Below, in pieces: positions 8,969 to 18,441 of a stretch of 34,275 nucleotides of DNA (positions are counted from its first letter, which is position 1; every line of letters starts with the position of its first letter). Source of the stretch: Planctomycetales bacterium (GTDB lineage: Bacteria > Planctomycetota > Planctomycetia > Pirellulales > JAGQOS01); NCBI GenBank assembly GCA_020427265.1, contig JAGQOS010000003.1, forward strand, positions 1-34,275, given 5' to 3'. Position numbers and translations under genes: made by a program. The notes below the pieces were generated by a model, which was given only the letters and a program-made list of their open reading frames with translations, ran no database searches and was not told where the DNA came from.

Positions 8969-8993
8969 ACGGCGCGTCTATTATACGCGCCGT
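8969..8993. terminator. GC-rich hairpin (9-bp stem ACGGCGCGT, 7-nt loop) between convergent genes; candidate bidirectional terminator without a U-tract
   Basis: ACGGCGCGT-CTATTAT-ACGCGCCGT is a perfect inverted repeat read directly from the sequence. It sits in the 190-bp gap between the ends of the + gene at 8866 and the - gene at 9057. Confidence 0.35.
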
Positions 8994-9056
8994 GAACCGG
9001 TGTTCCAAATGAGCGCCGACTCACGCCAGGAGAACCGAGCGCACGGCGTCTGCCGA

Positions 9057-9974
9057 TTACTTCGCCGCTTCCCCTTCGCGACGGGCGAGTGCCGATGCGT
9101 CGACTGCCGACTCGTCGAGTTTCATCAGATAGTGCATGCTGCTCGCCGGGCCGGAGAAGCCCAACACGCGTTTGTCGACGGCGATCGACTGCCCCAACAC
9201 GCGTCCATGTTCGATGTCGAATCGGACTTCGCCTTGCGAGGAGTGCTGAATGATCTGGGCTTCGATGGAAGGATCGACTAACGGATCGAGCACCTGGAAA
9301 CGCACGGCGATGTGCGCGATCCCGCTGTCGACCTTCATCAATTCGAACTGCCGACGCACATTGATCTGCTTCTTGCGTTTGTCGGCCAATTGCACGGTAA
9401 TCTGATGAGGCTCATCCCACGTGGCGCCAACGGCGACCGGCTCGGTCGGCAGCGGGATCGCGATGGGCACCTCGAAGTTACCCTGCGGCTGCACGAGTTT
9501 TTGAATCCGCTTAAGTACAGCGCCGTGGCGATCGATTTGCACTTCGGCCAACGGCACTCCGACGGCGGCCGCCACATTCTCATAGCCAGCGGGTGGCTGT
9601 GCGTCCTTCGCACTGTCGTAGCATACTTCAGCGCGCTCCGAGATCTTGTTGACCATCTTCACTTGATCGACGAAATGGACAAACGTGATGTCACCTTCCG
9701 GCGAAACACTCGTAACGTGCCAGCGTTTAAACGAGTCGGTGCTGGTCTGCGCGGTTTGCGTCGTGCCGCGAATGGTTGTGCGAATCGTGGCCCGATGCAT
9801 GGTTTGCCAACGCAGATCTTCGCCAGCCTGCATTTGATACGCGAGCACGTATCGCTCCGGCGCCGTCTCGGCAGTCGTCGCATCATTCGCACTGTTCTCA
9901 TCGGCGCGAACAGCGGCGATTCCACAAGTCGAAACGAGCGAGAAGAGAACAACGAACTGCACGCGTGGCGACAT
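9057..9974 (-). CDS. Hypothetical secreted protein (signal peptide, no recognisable domain)
   Basis: Start chosen at MSPRVQFVVLFSLVSTCGIAAVRA-DE (Sec signal). It is the last gene of the minus-strand run after nadK. No motif recognised. Confidence 0.5.
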   Translation of the reverse strand: MSPRVQFVVLFSLVSTCGIAAVRADENSANDATTAETAPERYVLAYQMQAGEDLRWQTMHRATIRTTIRGTTQTAQTSTDSFKRWHVTSVSPEGDITFVHFVDQVKMVNKISERAEVCYDSAKDAQPPAGYENVAAAVGVPLAEVQIDRHGAVLKRIQKLVQPQGNFEVPIAIPLPTEPVAVGATWDEPHQITVQLADKRKKQINVRRQFELMKVDSGIAHIAVRFQVLDPLVDPSIEAQIIQHSSQGEVRFDIEHGRVLGQSIAVDKRVLGFSGPASSMHYLMKLDESAVDASALARREGEAAK

Positions 9975-10025
9975 AGTGCGAATCCTTTCGCGATTTCGTG
10001 AGAATTCCAATTTCGAGTACGCGAC

Positions 10026-10898
10026 CTAGGGCTCTAAACTCCGCAGACGACCGCCCCAGCCAAGTTTTTCTCGCAATGTTCGATAATAGCCGTGTCCTGC
10101 GGCCTCGACCAACTGAAAGCAAGCCGGGGCCCGTTCGATCCGCACCCGATCGGCCGCGGTCAGTTGGCATACGACCTCACCATCCACGACCAGCGAAGTG
10201 CCTTCGTTCGGGCGTGGCGCAACCAACTCGTAAATTCGCGACGCGTTGTCGATCACCGGACGATTCGTCAACGTATGTGGACTAATCGGCGAGATGACAA
10301 ACGCCTGCAAATCCTTCCGCAAGATCGGACCGCCTGCCGACAGACTATGAGCCGTCGAGCCAACCGGCGTGCTAACGATCAAGCCGTCGCAACTATAAGT
10401 CGTCGCCAATTCCGAGTCAACGTAGAGCTCGACATCGAGAATGTGGAACGGTGGCCCTGCTAGCACGGTGGTTTCGTTCAAACCCAAACGTTCGAAAATA
10501 ACCCGGCCTTCGCGCAGCACGCTCGTGCGGAACATCAGGTGTTCGACCACGCGGAAGGCGTGCTGATTGAGTGCGCGAAGCACGGTTTCGACTTCTCCGG
10601 GCTGGTAGTGCGCCAGAAACCCGAGTTTGCCGAAATTGACACCGACGACCGGCAACTGACGATCGCCCATCTGCCGCGCTGCGCGCAGGATCGAACCATC
10701 GCCGCCAAAAACCAACGTGGCGTCAGCCTCGACGACGGAGAGGTCGGCCTCGAAATCGCTGTCCTCGGCCACAACATCGACATGGGCATCGATCAACGGC
10801 CGCAAGGCGCGCACTCGATCGGCGATTCCCTCGCGATCGCCGAATGCTAGCAGCACGACGCGGGCCCGCGACGGATCAGGTTGATTTTCGACGGCCAT
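10026..10898 (-). CDS. nadK: NAD(+) kinase
   Basis: GDGSILRAARQ (the GDG[TS] motif), NFGKLGFL and CDGLIVSTPVGSTAHSLSAGGPIL are classic NadK/PpnK motifs. Length is 290 aa. Confidence 0.9.
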   Translation of the reverse strand: MAVENQPDPSRARVVLLAFGDREGIADRVRALRPLIDAHVDVVAEDSDFEADLSVVEADATLVFGGDGSILRAARQMGDRQLPVVGVNFGKLGFLAHYQPGEVETVLRALNQHAFRVVEHLMFRTSVLREGRVIFERLGLNETTVLAGPPFHILDVELYVDSELATTYSCDGLIVSTPVGSTAHSLSAGGPILRKDLQAFVISPISPHTLTNRPVIDNASRIYELVAPRPNEGTSLVVDGEVVCQLTAADRVRIERAPACFQLVEAAGHGYYRTLREKLGWGGRLRSLEP

Positions 10899-11046
10899 GC
10901 TCGGTGCGCAGAATGAGGAAGGACGGTATGCTCATGGAACAAAACACACAGGGGCTAACCAATTCCGCAAGCCCCAGGCCTTTCGGTAGCCACTACTCAG
11001 TTTAACGGTAGCGTTGCCACGAAGTAAGCGTCGCAGCAATCGGGCA

Positions 11047-12960
11047 TTACCGAAGGCGGCCTTCGCGCAAGACATCGGCCTTGGCCGCTTGTTCGCGGCA
11101 GACGGCGGCGATGCCCGCCGCGTCGAGTCGCAATTCGGCCAACAATTCGGCCCGATCCCCATGCTCGATGAACTGATCGGGGATTCCTAACCGGCAAATC
11201 GTCTCGGTCGCCAAGCCGGCTTCGTTTGCCGCTTCGAGAACGGCGCTGCCGAAGCCGCCCATGAGCGACGACTCTTCGACCGTAACGACGAATCCGCAAT
11301 GCTCAATCGCACGCAATACTGTTTCGGTGTCGAGCGGCTTAATGAATCGGGCGTTGATCACACCTACATCAAGCCCGTCTTCGCGCAGCTGTTCGGCGGC
11401 GGTCATCGCGCCGGGCAGGAGTGTGCCGCAACAGAGAATCGCGCCATCGTCGCCCCAGTGCAGCACTTCGGCTTTGCCCAGTTCGATCGGTTCGCGTTTT
11501 CCGTCGACCTCGATGGCCTTGTCTTTCGGATACCGAATCGAAGTGGGGCCCTCGTGAACGAGCGAGAAATCGAGCATGGCCGCTAGATCGTGCGCATCGC
11601 CCGGCGCCATGACCGTCATGTTCGGGAACAGACGCATGTAACCGAGATCGAAGCAGCCGTGATGCGTCGGCCCGTCGGGGCCGGTTAAGCCGCTGCGGTC
11701 GAGCATGAATGTAACGGGCAAGTTCTGCAGGGCGGCTTCCTGAAAGATCTGGTCGAAGCTGCGCTGCAGAAAAGTGCTGTAAATGTCGACGATTGGCCGC
11801 AGGCCCGATTTGGCCATGCCGGCGGCAAACGCGACCGCGTGCGACTCGCAAATTCCCGTATCAAAAAAGCGATCGGGAAATTCGTCGCGCACCTGTTCCA
11901 GATTATTACCTTGGCACATGGCGGCCGTCATGACCGTGACGCGCTCGTTGGCGGCCATGTTACGGCGAATCGACTCCGAGGCGATGTGCGTGTAGGCCCG
12001 CGCGCCCGACTTCTTGATCTCGCGAATCTTTTGATCGTCGTCGTGTTCGAACGGCGCCGGTGTATGGAATTTGACCGGGTCGGCGACCGCCGGCCCAAAG
12101 CCCTTGCCTTTGACCGTGACCACGTGCAATAGGACCGGCCCTTCCACATCCTTGCACATCGCGAGATACTTCCGCAACAGGCGAATGTTGTGGCCGTCGA
12201 TCGGGCCAACGTACTGGATTCCAAGCTCCTCGAACAACATGCCGCCGTGCAAGCCGGCCTTCACACCTTCCTTGATCTGGGCCAGGAAACGTTCCACCGG
12301 GTCGCCCAGCATTGGCATTTTGTTCAACACGCGAATCACTTCGTTTTTCAATCCGGAATAGACCGGGTTGACGCGCAAGCGATCGAGATAGTTGGCCATT
12401 CCGCCCACGCGAGGACAGATCGACATCTCGTTGTCGTTGAGAATGACGAGTAATTTCTTTTTCAGTCCACCGGCATTGTTGAGGGCTTCGAATACGATTC
12501 CGGAAGGGAATGCCCCGTCGCCAATCACCGCGACACTGTGACGATCTTCTTCACCTGGGATCAGATCATCGCCAGCTTTCAACCCCAACGCGGTCGATAC
12601 ACTGCAACCGGCATGGCCGGTCATGAACAGATCGTACTCGCTCTCGGCCGGATTCGGATAACCCATCAATCCGCCGCGCGTGCGGATCGACTCGAATTGC
12701 TCATATCGGCCGGTGATCAGCTTGTGAGGGTAGATCTGATGGCCCGTATCCCAGATGAGCCGATCGCGCCGAAAATCGAACGTGGAATGCAGCGCCAAGC
12801 AGAGTTCCACGACGCCAAGGTTCGAGGCGAAATGCGCGGCGCGGTTCGCTACCAGGCGACAGAGCGCCTCGCGCATTTCCGAAGCCACCTGTTCGAGCTG
12901 TACGAGCGACAGGCCTTCCAGGTCGGCGGGCGAGCGAATTTCGGGAAGTAGCTTTTTCAT
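11047..12960 (-). CDS. dxs: 1-deoxy-D-xylulose-5-phosphate synthase
   Basis: At 637 aa with a TPP-binding region (GHAGCSVSTALG, IGDGAFPSG), transketolase-like middle and C-terminal domains and DRSGLTGPDGPTHHGCFDLGYMRLFPNM, this is full-length DXS. Confidence 0.92.
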   Translation of the reverse strand: MKKLLPEIRSPADLEGLSLVQLEQVASEMREALCRLVANRAAHFASNLGVVELCLALHSTFDFRRDRLIWDTGHQIYPHKLITGRYEQFESIRTRGGLMGYPNPAESEYDLFMTGHAGCSVSTALGLKAGDDLIPGEEDRHSVAVIGDGAFPSGIVFEALNNAGGLKKKLLVILNDNEMSICPRVGGMANYLDRLRVNPVYSGLKNEVIRVLNKMPMLGDPVERFLAQIKEGVKAGLHGGMLFEELGIQYVGPIDGHNIRLLRKYLAMCKDVEGPVLLHVVTVKGKGFGPAVADPVKFHTPAPFEHDDDQKIREIKKSGARAYTHIASESIRRNMAANERVTVMTAAMCQGNNLEQVRDEFPDRFFDTGICESHAVAFAAGMAKSGLRPIVDIYSTFLQRSFDQIFQEAALQNLPVTFMLDRSGLTGPDGPTHHGCFDLGYMRLFPNMTVMAPGDAHDLAAMLDFSLVHEGPTSIRYPKDKAIEVDGKREPIELGKAEVLHWGDDGAILCCGTLLPGAMTAAEQLREDGLDVGVINARFIKPLDTETVLRAIEHCGFVVTVEESSLMGGFGSAVLEAANEAGLATETICRLGIPDQFIEHGDRAELLAELRLDAAGIAAVCREQAAKADVLREGRLR

Positions 12961-13066
12961 ACGCAGAAGACCTGGTTTAAGTCGAAATTCACGGGAGCCG
13001 TCCGGACCATGTAACTCGGATGTTTTCGCCGCAAAACCGCATTACAAGAAGTTTGTTGAGATCGCG

Positions 13067-13972
13067 CTAATGATTTCGTTCGAGCACATACCGCGCCAAA
13101 GCGGCCAAATGCTCATCCGCCAAATCAGCCGCCGCAATGGCGTCGCACGCCGCAGCGACGAGCGCCGTTGCACGTCGCGAACTCTCCTCGGCGCCTAGAA
13201 GTGACGGAAACGTGAGCTTGCCTCGTCCTCGATCCTTACCGACTCGTTTGCCCATTGCCTGCTCATCGCCGGCTTCATCCAGCAAATCGTCGATGATTTG
13301 AAACGCCAACCCGATACTCGCGCCGTAGGTTTCCAACGCGGCCATCTGTTGATCGGTTGCGCCGGCCACCAGGGCCCCTAGCCGCACCGAAACGCGAATC
13401 ATTGCGCCCGTCTTACGACGATGTATGTGTTCGAGCGTCTCAACAGTGCCCGCCGTGAACTGACAATCAAGATCGTCGCCTTGGCCGCCGACCATACCGC
13501 ATGCGCCAGCGGCCGCAGCCAGTTCCGCGCAACACTGTGCCGCCACGGCGGCCGGTTGAACCTCACGTGCAAGCACATCGAATGCGAGAGTCAACAGGCC
13601 ATCGCCCGCGAGGATCGCTGTCGCCTCGTCGAATGCCTTGTGACAGGTGGGCCGGCCACGACGCAGATCATCGTCGTCCATGGCCGGTAAATCGTCGTGA
13701 ATCAACGAGTACGCGTGGATCATTTCCACGGCGCACGCCGCCGGCAACGCCGCCTGAGCTGCGCCGCCAACGGCTTCAGCCGCCAAAATCACTAGCGACG
13801 GGCGCAAACGCTTCCCGGGAGCGAGCAACCCATATCGCATCGCTTCGGCAAGCCGCGCGGGACAATCCGACGGCAACTGTGTGTACCGGTCAAGCTGCTC
13901 GTCGACGAATGTGCGGATTCGCCCCAGCGGTTCAGCGAGTGGATTCAATTCTATTTCGGTCATCGACGCCAT
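13067..13972 (-). CDS. ispA: Polyprenyl diphosphate synthase (farnesyl/geranylgeranyl diphosphate synthase, IspA-like)
   Basis: First aspartate-rich motif LIHDDLPAMDDDDLRRGRPT and second motif FQIIDDLLD are both present. Its position between xseB and dxs matches the E. coli xseB-ispA-dxs arrangement. Confidence 0.88.
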   Translation of the reverse strand: MASMTEIELNPLAEPLGRIRTFVDEQLDRYTQLPSDCPARLAEAMRYGLLAPGKRLRPSLVILAAEAVGGAAQAALPAACAVEMIHAYSLIHDDLPAMDDDDLRRGRPTCHKAFDEATAILAGDGLLTLAFDVLAREVQPAAVAAQCCAELAAAAGACGMVGGQGDDLDCQFTAGTVETLEHIHRRKTGAMIRVSVRLGALVAGATDQQMAALETYGASIGLAFQIIDDLLDEAGDEQAMGKRVGKDRGRGKLTFPSLLGAEESSRRATALVAAACDAIAAADLADEHLAALARYVLERNH

Positions 13973-14017
13973 GGGCGCTGCGACGTCACAAGTTGGTGTC
14001 AGATCAAAACTTCCATT

Positions 14018-14407
14018 CTAGAACAGAGTGCCTTCAGAGTCCATGTCGGTGGTTTCCGGCCCAGATGAACCCTCTGCAGCGGGATTTGATTCACTCCGTG
14101 AGCGGCGCTTACTTCGTGTCTGAGCCTTGGCCACGAGCGACTCCTCGCCCGCCTCGTCAAAATCAACGGTTACCGGATTGCCGTCGGCATCGATCCCGGT
14201 AAGCAGGGCTACGCGCCGCTCGGCCTTCTCTAGTAATTCATAACAAAGCCTCAAATATTTGACACCTTTTTGGTATTCCGCCAGAGATTCGTCGAGTCCG
14301 ATCTGCCCCTCTTCAAGCCTCGCGACGACCGATTCCAGCTTACCCAACGCCTGTTCAAAGCTGGGGCGCGATGACTCCGTTTCGTGTTTTGCTTGTCCTT
14401 TGGCCAC
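14018..14407 (-). CDS. xseB: Exodeoxyribonuclease VII small subunit with a ~50-aa Ser/Glu/Arg-rich C-terminal tail
   Basis: FEQALGKLESVVARLEEGQIGLDESLAEYQKGVKYLRLCYELLEKAERRVALL matches the XseB helical hairpin. At 129 aa the protein is longer than the usual ~80 aa. Confidence 0.85.
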   Translation of the reverse strand: MAKGQAKHETESSRPSFEQALGKLESVVARLEEGQIGLDESLAEYQKGVKYLRLCYELLEKAERRVALLTGIDADGNPVTVDFDEAGEESLVAKAQTRSKRRSRSESNPAAEGSSGPETTDMDSEGTLF

Positions 14408-14593
14408 GGCGCGTGATCGAACTCCATTCTTGTCTACTAGGAAAACCGCAATCTGCTGGTTCGAATTAACGGGTCTCAGATTAACGGCGTTTGCCCGCGA
14501 TGCCTACCACCAGTCGCCCTAAACGGTCGCCGATTCAGCGACAAATTCAACCTTAGCTGGCCGTGCCGACCCAATCGGCGTGCAACAATCACT

Positions 14594-16189
14594 CTAGTCG
14601 CTTGACTCTCGAACGTGCGTCATCCAAGCAACCGTAGCGCCCAGGATCACAACTCCCAAGATCGTGACCAGGCAGATTCCGGCAACTTGGTCCTGCACGC
14701 CGTAGTGCAACAGTCCGAAGAGTCGAATAGGAACGGTCGAAACACCCGGCGGCGCGACAAGGATCGTTGCCGACAACTCGCCCCAAGCGACCACGAAGCC
14801 GGCGATCCAAGCGGCAACCAAGTTCGCTCGGCGCGATGCGATGCCCACATGCCAGCATGCGCGCCAGCGTCCCAGACCATCGAGCCTGGCCGTTTCCAGG
14901 ACGGCTTGGGGAATGCTAGCAAAGCCGAACATCAGAACCAAGATCACCGGAGGCAAAGCCTTGAAGAGTTGCGCCAGCGCCGGAGCGAGGATGGTGCGAT
15001 CGTAGAGGGTCGCCAGCCAGGGCAAATCGGGACGATTCATCCATTCGATAAGCGCTAACCCCAGGAGCGGCCCGGGCATTGCTAAAGTGAGCGCGGCCAC
15101 GACGGTAGCCGGCACAACTTTCCAACTTCCTTCGCGCGCCAGCCAAGCGAGAGGCAACGCCAAGAAAACCGCGGCGGTCGCCGCCGTGGCGGCGATCTGC
15201 AACGACCAGTCGTACTCCGTACGATGGTCTTCATAGCCGCTGGCCACGAGCACAACACATTGACGCGCCGACCAGGTGCGCTCGCGCTGCGTTCCCGCTT
15301 GCTCCACCTGAATGCCGGCCTTATGAATCAGGTGTCCCAATGGCAAGCCAGCCGTGAAGAGGAGAATCACGACTGCGAAGCCGAGCGCCAGCCAGCGTCC
15401 TGCCCCCAGTCGCCAACGCCATGGCGATTGATAGCGGGTGGGAAACGTCATGGTGAGTTGCCACACGCCGAGAATCGCCACGGCGGCAAACAGTGCGAAC
15501 AGCGCTCCGCTCGTCGTCGCTTCTAACGGCTGGCCATCGGTCCAATCGCCGACGGCAATGCCGGTATAAATTTCTTCAGCAAAGGTGCGCACTTGAAATA
15601 GATCGGTAACGGAAATATCGGCGCTCGCCTGGGCAGCCGTCCATAACGCGCCGGCTAGAATCGCCGGTCCCGCGCGCCGCAAAGATACTTGCACGAGCAC
15701 AATCCAAGGAGGTGCGTCTAGCAACATCGCTTCTTCCAATTCACGTTCCACGCGCAGCAGGCCGAGCGAGGCGAACAAGGCAATCCAGGGAGCCGCCGCC
15801 AGGCCATGCACCCAAATCGCTCCCCACAAGCCTGCGATCTGGGGCGCCAGTGAACGATCCGAACGCCACACCCCCTCGACACCTAGCCCTGCCTGCCAGG
15901 CCCCCGCCTGAATGGCCAACGGCATGAATGCCAGCGCGACCAAGATGGCCAGAATCAGTCGCCGACAAGGCATATCGGTCTTGACCAACAGCACAGCCAA
16001 CGACACACCGGCCGGCAAGGCGATGGCCCACATGCCGGCAACCAACCTCGCTGAATTCTTGAGCAGGAATTGCGTGCGCGCGTCGGCGGAAAACCAGAAG
16101 ACGATTGCAACGAGCCCCACCAGGGCGAGCGTCAACGCAAAGAGACGTCGGATAACCGGAGATGGGTACTCTGTAATTCGACCATTCAA
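14594..16189 (-). CDS. Two-domain ABC transporter permease (FbpB/AfuB/ThiP-like binding-protein-dependent inner-membrane component)
   Basis: The 531-aa protein is polytopic and carries two EAA-like loop regions (...ARLDGLGRWRACWHVGI... and an earlier repeat), typical of duplicated iron(III)/thiamine-type permeases. No ATPase or binding-protein gene is in the window. Confidence 0.75.
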   Translation of the reverse strand: MNGRITEYPSPVIRRLFALTLALVGLVAIVFWFSADARTQFLLKNSARLVAGMWAIALPAGVSLAVLLVKTDMPCRRLILAILVALAFMPLAIQAGAWQAGLGVEGVWRSDRSLAPQIAGLWGAIWVHGLAAAPWIALFASLGLLRVERELEEAMLLDAPPWIVLVQVSLRRAGPAILAGALWTAAQASADISVTDLFQVRTFAEEIYTGIAVGDWTDGQPLEATTSGALFALFAAVAILGVWQLTMTFPTRYQSPWRWRLGAGRWLALGFAVVILLFTAGLPLGHLIHKAGIQVEQAGTQRERTWSARQCVVLVASGYEDHRTEYDWSLQIAATAATAAVFLALPLAWLAREGSWKVVPATVVAALTLAMPGPLLGLALIEWMNRPDLPWLATLYDRTILAPALAQLFKALPPVILVLMFGFASIPQAVLETARLDGLGRWRACWHVGIASRRANLVAAWIAGFVVAWGELSATILVAPPGVSTVPIRLFGLLHYGVQDQVAGICLVTILGVVILGATVAWMTHVRESSD

Positions 16190-16206
16190 GGGCGCAGCCC
16201 GCGCGG

Positions 16207-17559
16207 TTAATTCTCGTCGGTGTCGAGCAGTTGCGATTCGACCTTATCCGCCTGCCAGGCAATGCTATTGAGCAAACGAGTGATAGCCAGCGGATCGGCA
16301 GTTTCGGCAATCAGATTGGCCAGAATGACAACCATGTCGCCACCGCCAAAGTTCTTAATCGCGAACGCTCCATGCACGAGTTGCGTGTTATAGCGGAGCA
16401 GCTTCAACGCGTGATTGGGTCGCGCGGGTCCGCAGGTGGAACACAGGCTGATCGTGGCGTGTCCCTGATCGTCGGCACCACCGAAGTCGACCGTGACGTG
16501 CTGCTTTCGCAGAGCGCCAATCGGTACGGTGATCGTGAGCACATCGCCCGACTCCGACGCTGTATAGCCAGCCGATTGAGCGACGTCGCGCACCATCTGA
16601 CGCGGATCCTTCGTCACCGGAACGGTCGCCAAATCATCGAACGACAATCCGGTCGCAGGCGTTGCGGGCGCCGCAGGTGTTGACGCCGGAGCGGGCGCGA
16701 GCGGGGCCGCGTGCGCGCCGGCCATCGCCTGTTGAATCATGCCGGGCATTAGCATACCGAACCCGGCGCCCATGCCGAGGCCCATCGCGCCGCCTCCTTG
16801 GCCGGAATGTTCGGCCATTTTCGACATGCTATTGGCGGCTTGAAACTTGAGAAACGCGTTCAGGTCGCCCACGGCGCCCATGGCGCTGCGTGCGTCGATC
16901 GCCTTCTGCACTTCTTCAGGCGGTGTGATAGCGTTGATAAAGAAGTCGACCAGTTCCAGCCCGTAGCGCGAGAAATCTTCGGCAAGTTTCGCTCGGGTGG
17001 CGGCGGCGACTTCGTCGTACTTGGCCGGCAGATCCAGCAGGCTGATTCCGAGCGTGCCGAGCAAATCATTCAACCGCGCAACCACTTGATCCTTGAGATA
17101 GGCGTTGACCTCGTCCGTGGTGAACTTGCCTTGGGTGCCGACCAGCGTGCTCACGAGCAGCGCCGAATCGGCGACGCGGAACGAATATTTTCCAAAGGCC
17201 CTTAAACGGACCATGCCAAATTGCGCATCGCGAACGGTAATCGGCTGGCGCGTGCCCCACTTTTGATCGAGGAACGTTTGCTTGCCAATGAAATACACTT
17301 GCGCCGTGAAGGGCGACTTCTCCCAAGGGATTGTCAGGATTCGCGTGATCAACGGCACGTTGGCCGTGGTCAACGTATGGCGTCCCGGGCCAAACGTATC
17401 GAGCGCTTTGCCATCGCGAAAGAAAACCGCTTCCTGGTTCTCCTGCACAATCAATTGCGCGCCGAGCTTGATGTCGGTCGACCCCTCTTGCGGGATACGA
17501 TGCACGAGCGAACGATTCGAACGATCGAAGAATTCGATGACTTCCAAACGAGCCGCCAT
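16207..17559 (-). CDS. SPFH/band-7 domain protein (COG4260-like) with a Gly/Ala/Met/Pro-rich linker and a C-terminal alpha/beta domain (possibly YbjN-like)
   Basis: The N-terminus [70 protein letters not shown] resembles the COG4260-type SPFH family. A low-complexity linker ([20 protein letters not shown]...[14 protein letters not shown]) precedes a ~120-aa C-terminal domain, which I tentatively compare to YbjN-like folds. Confidence 0.65.
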   Translation of the reverse strand: MAARLEVIEFFDRSNRSLVHRIPQEGSTDIKLGAQLIVQENQEAVFFRDGKALDTFGPGRHTLTTANVPLITRILTIPWEKSPFTAQVYFIGKQTFLDQKWGTRQPITVRDAQFGMVRLRAFGKYSFRVADSALLVSTLVGTQGKFTTDEVNAYLKDQVVARLNDLLGTLGISLLDLPAKYDEVAAATRAKLAEDFSRYGLELVDFFINAITPPEEVQKAIDARSAMGAVGDLNAFLKFQAANSMSKMAEHSGQGGGAMGLGMGAGFGMLMPGMIQQAMAGAHAAPLAPAPASTPAAPATPATGLSFDDLATVPVTKDPRQMVRDVAQSAGYTASESGDVLTITVPIGALRKQHVTVDFGGADDQGHATISLCSTCGPARPNHALKLLRYNTQLVHGAFAIKNFGGGDMVVILANLIAETADPLAITRLLNSIAWQADKVESQLLDTDEN

Positions 17560-17570
17560 GGATAAATTCC

Positions 17571-18080
17571 TTACTCAAGTCCTTTGAGAATATCTTCGCG
17601 CAAGTCCCAACGCTCCTCGACCGCGTCGATCATTCGTAATAACGGCGGCATAGCGTCGGTAGGCGACGCACCTTGGGCGCGTAAGTCTTCGATTTTGTCG
17701 GCGAGTTCGGCAATCTGTTCCATCATCGCGACATCGTGTTCGTATACACGATCGAGCAGCGTTTCGTCGACTTGCACGAGATCGAAGAAGCCGCTGTAAC
17801 CGTGCATGGCGCCGTCGACCCGGCCGATCAGTCGATCGAGTCGGCTACGGAGTCGCTCGACTTGCGGCAAGGCGTCGATGGCGGCCGCGTCGGCCAGCGC
17901 GCGAGCATAATCGTCGAGCCCGCGTTTGCCGCGTTGAAGGCGATCGACCAGCCATCGCCGCTGCAACTGATCGCTCTCGCGCCGATACTCTTTTTCCAAG
18001 TAGCCGCGAAATCCGGGAATGACCCGCAAAACCGACTCGATGGCCCCCCGCTGCTGGCTATGCTGCTTAGGTTCCGGCAT
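17571..18080 (-). CDS. Hypothetical helical protein; likely co-transcribed partner of the SPFH gene
   Basis: Start chosen at MPEPKQ; the longer ORF to 18257 has no support. Its stop lies 12 bp from the SPFH start. The sequence is charged and helical ([22 protein letters not shown]...), with no known motif. Confidence 0.45.
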   Translation of the reverse strand: MPEPKQHSQQRGAIESVLRVIPGFRGYLEKEYRRESDQLQRRWLVDRLQRGKRGLDDYARALADAAAIDALPQVERLRSRLDRLIGRVDGAMHGYSGFFDLVQVDETLLDRVYEHDVAMMEQIAELADKIEDLRAQGASPTDAMPPLLRMIDAVEERWDLREDILKGLE

Positions 18081-18441
18081 CGTTAGCCCCCGTACGTAGA
18101 AAAACTGCCCACCGTAGCATGATACCGGAGTTTGCTCGGATATCCAGCGAACACATGTTCGAAGCACCGATTGTGATCCGACGCGGAAGGATTGATTCCG
18201 TACGTCCTGCCATCTGCGGTCACCAAACCGGATGCCCGGGCGAAACGAAACCCGCAAAGCATTACAAGCAATAGGGTTGCGGGAAAACAGATCGATGGCA
18301 TTTCGGCGTTCCGCGCCGAGATGACCCGATCTGGCAACGGAAACGCAGTTTTGCTAGAGTTCGCCTCCCGACCTGCACGGCCAGCGTGCCGAGCGAGGAC
18401 GAGAATCGCATGATCCTGAACGCCACTACGATCGAAAATAA

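Noticed and set aside
9312-10001. 229-aa plus-strand ORF fully antisense to the secreted hypothetical gene; similar long shadow ORFs are 4409-5443 (+), 28168-29553 (-), 30345-31262 (-) and 2839-3489 (-)
   Set aside because: These are typical stop-codon-poor antisense frames in a high-GC genome. Their products are Arg/Pro/Gly-rich with no motifs, and each lies opposite a confidently assigned gene.
14408-14593. TTGACT hexamer at about 14562 as a promoter -35 element
   Set aside because: It is oriented on the plus strand, pointing into the 3' end of the minus-strand permease gene, and cannot drive either flanking gene.
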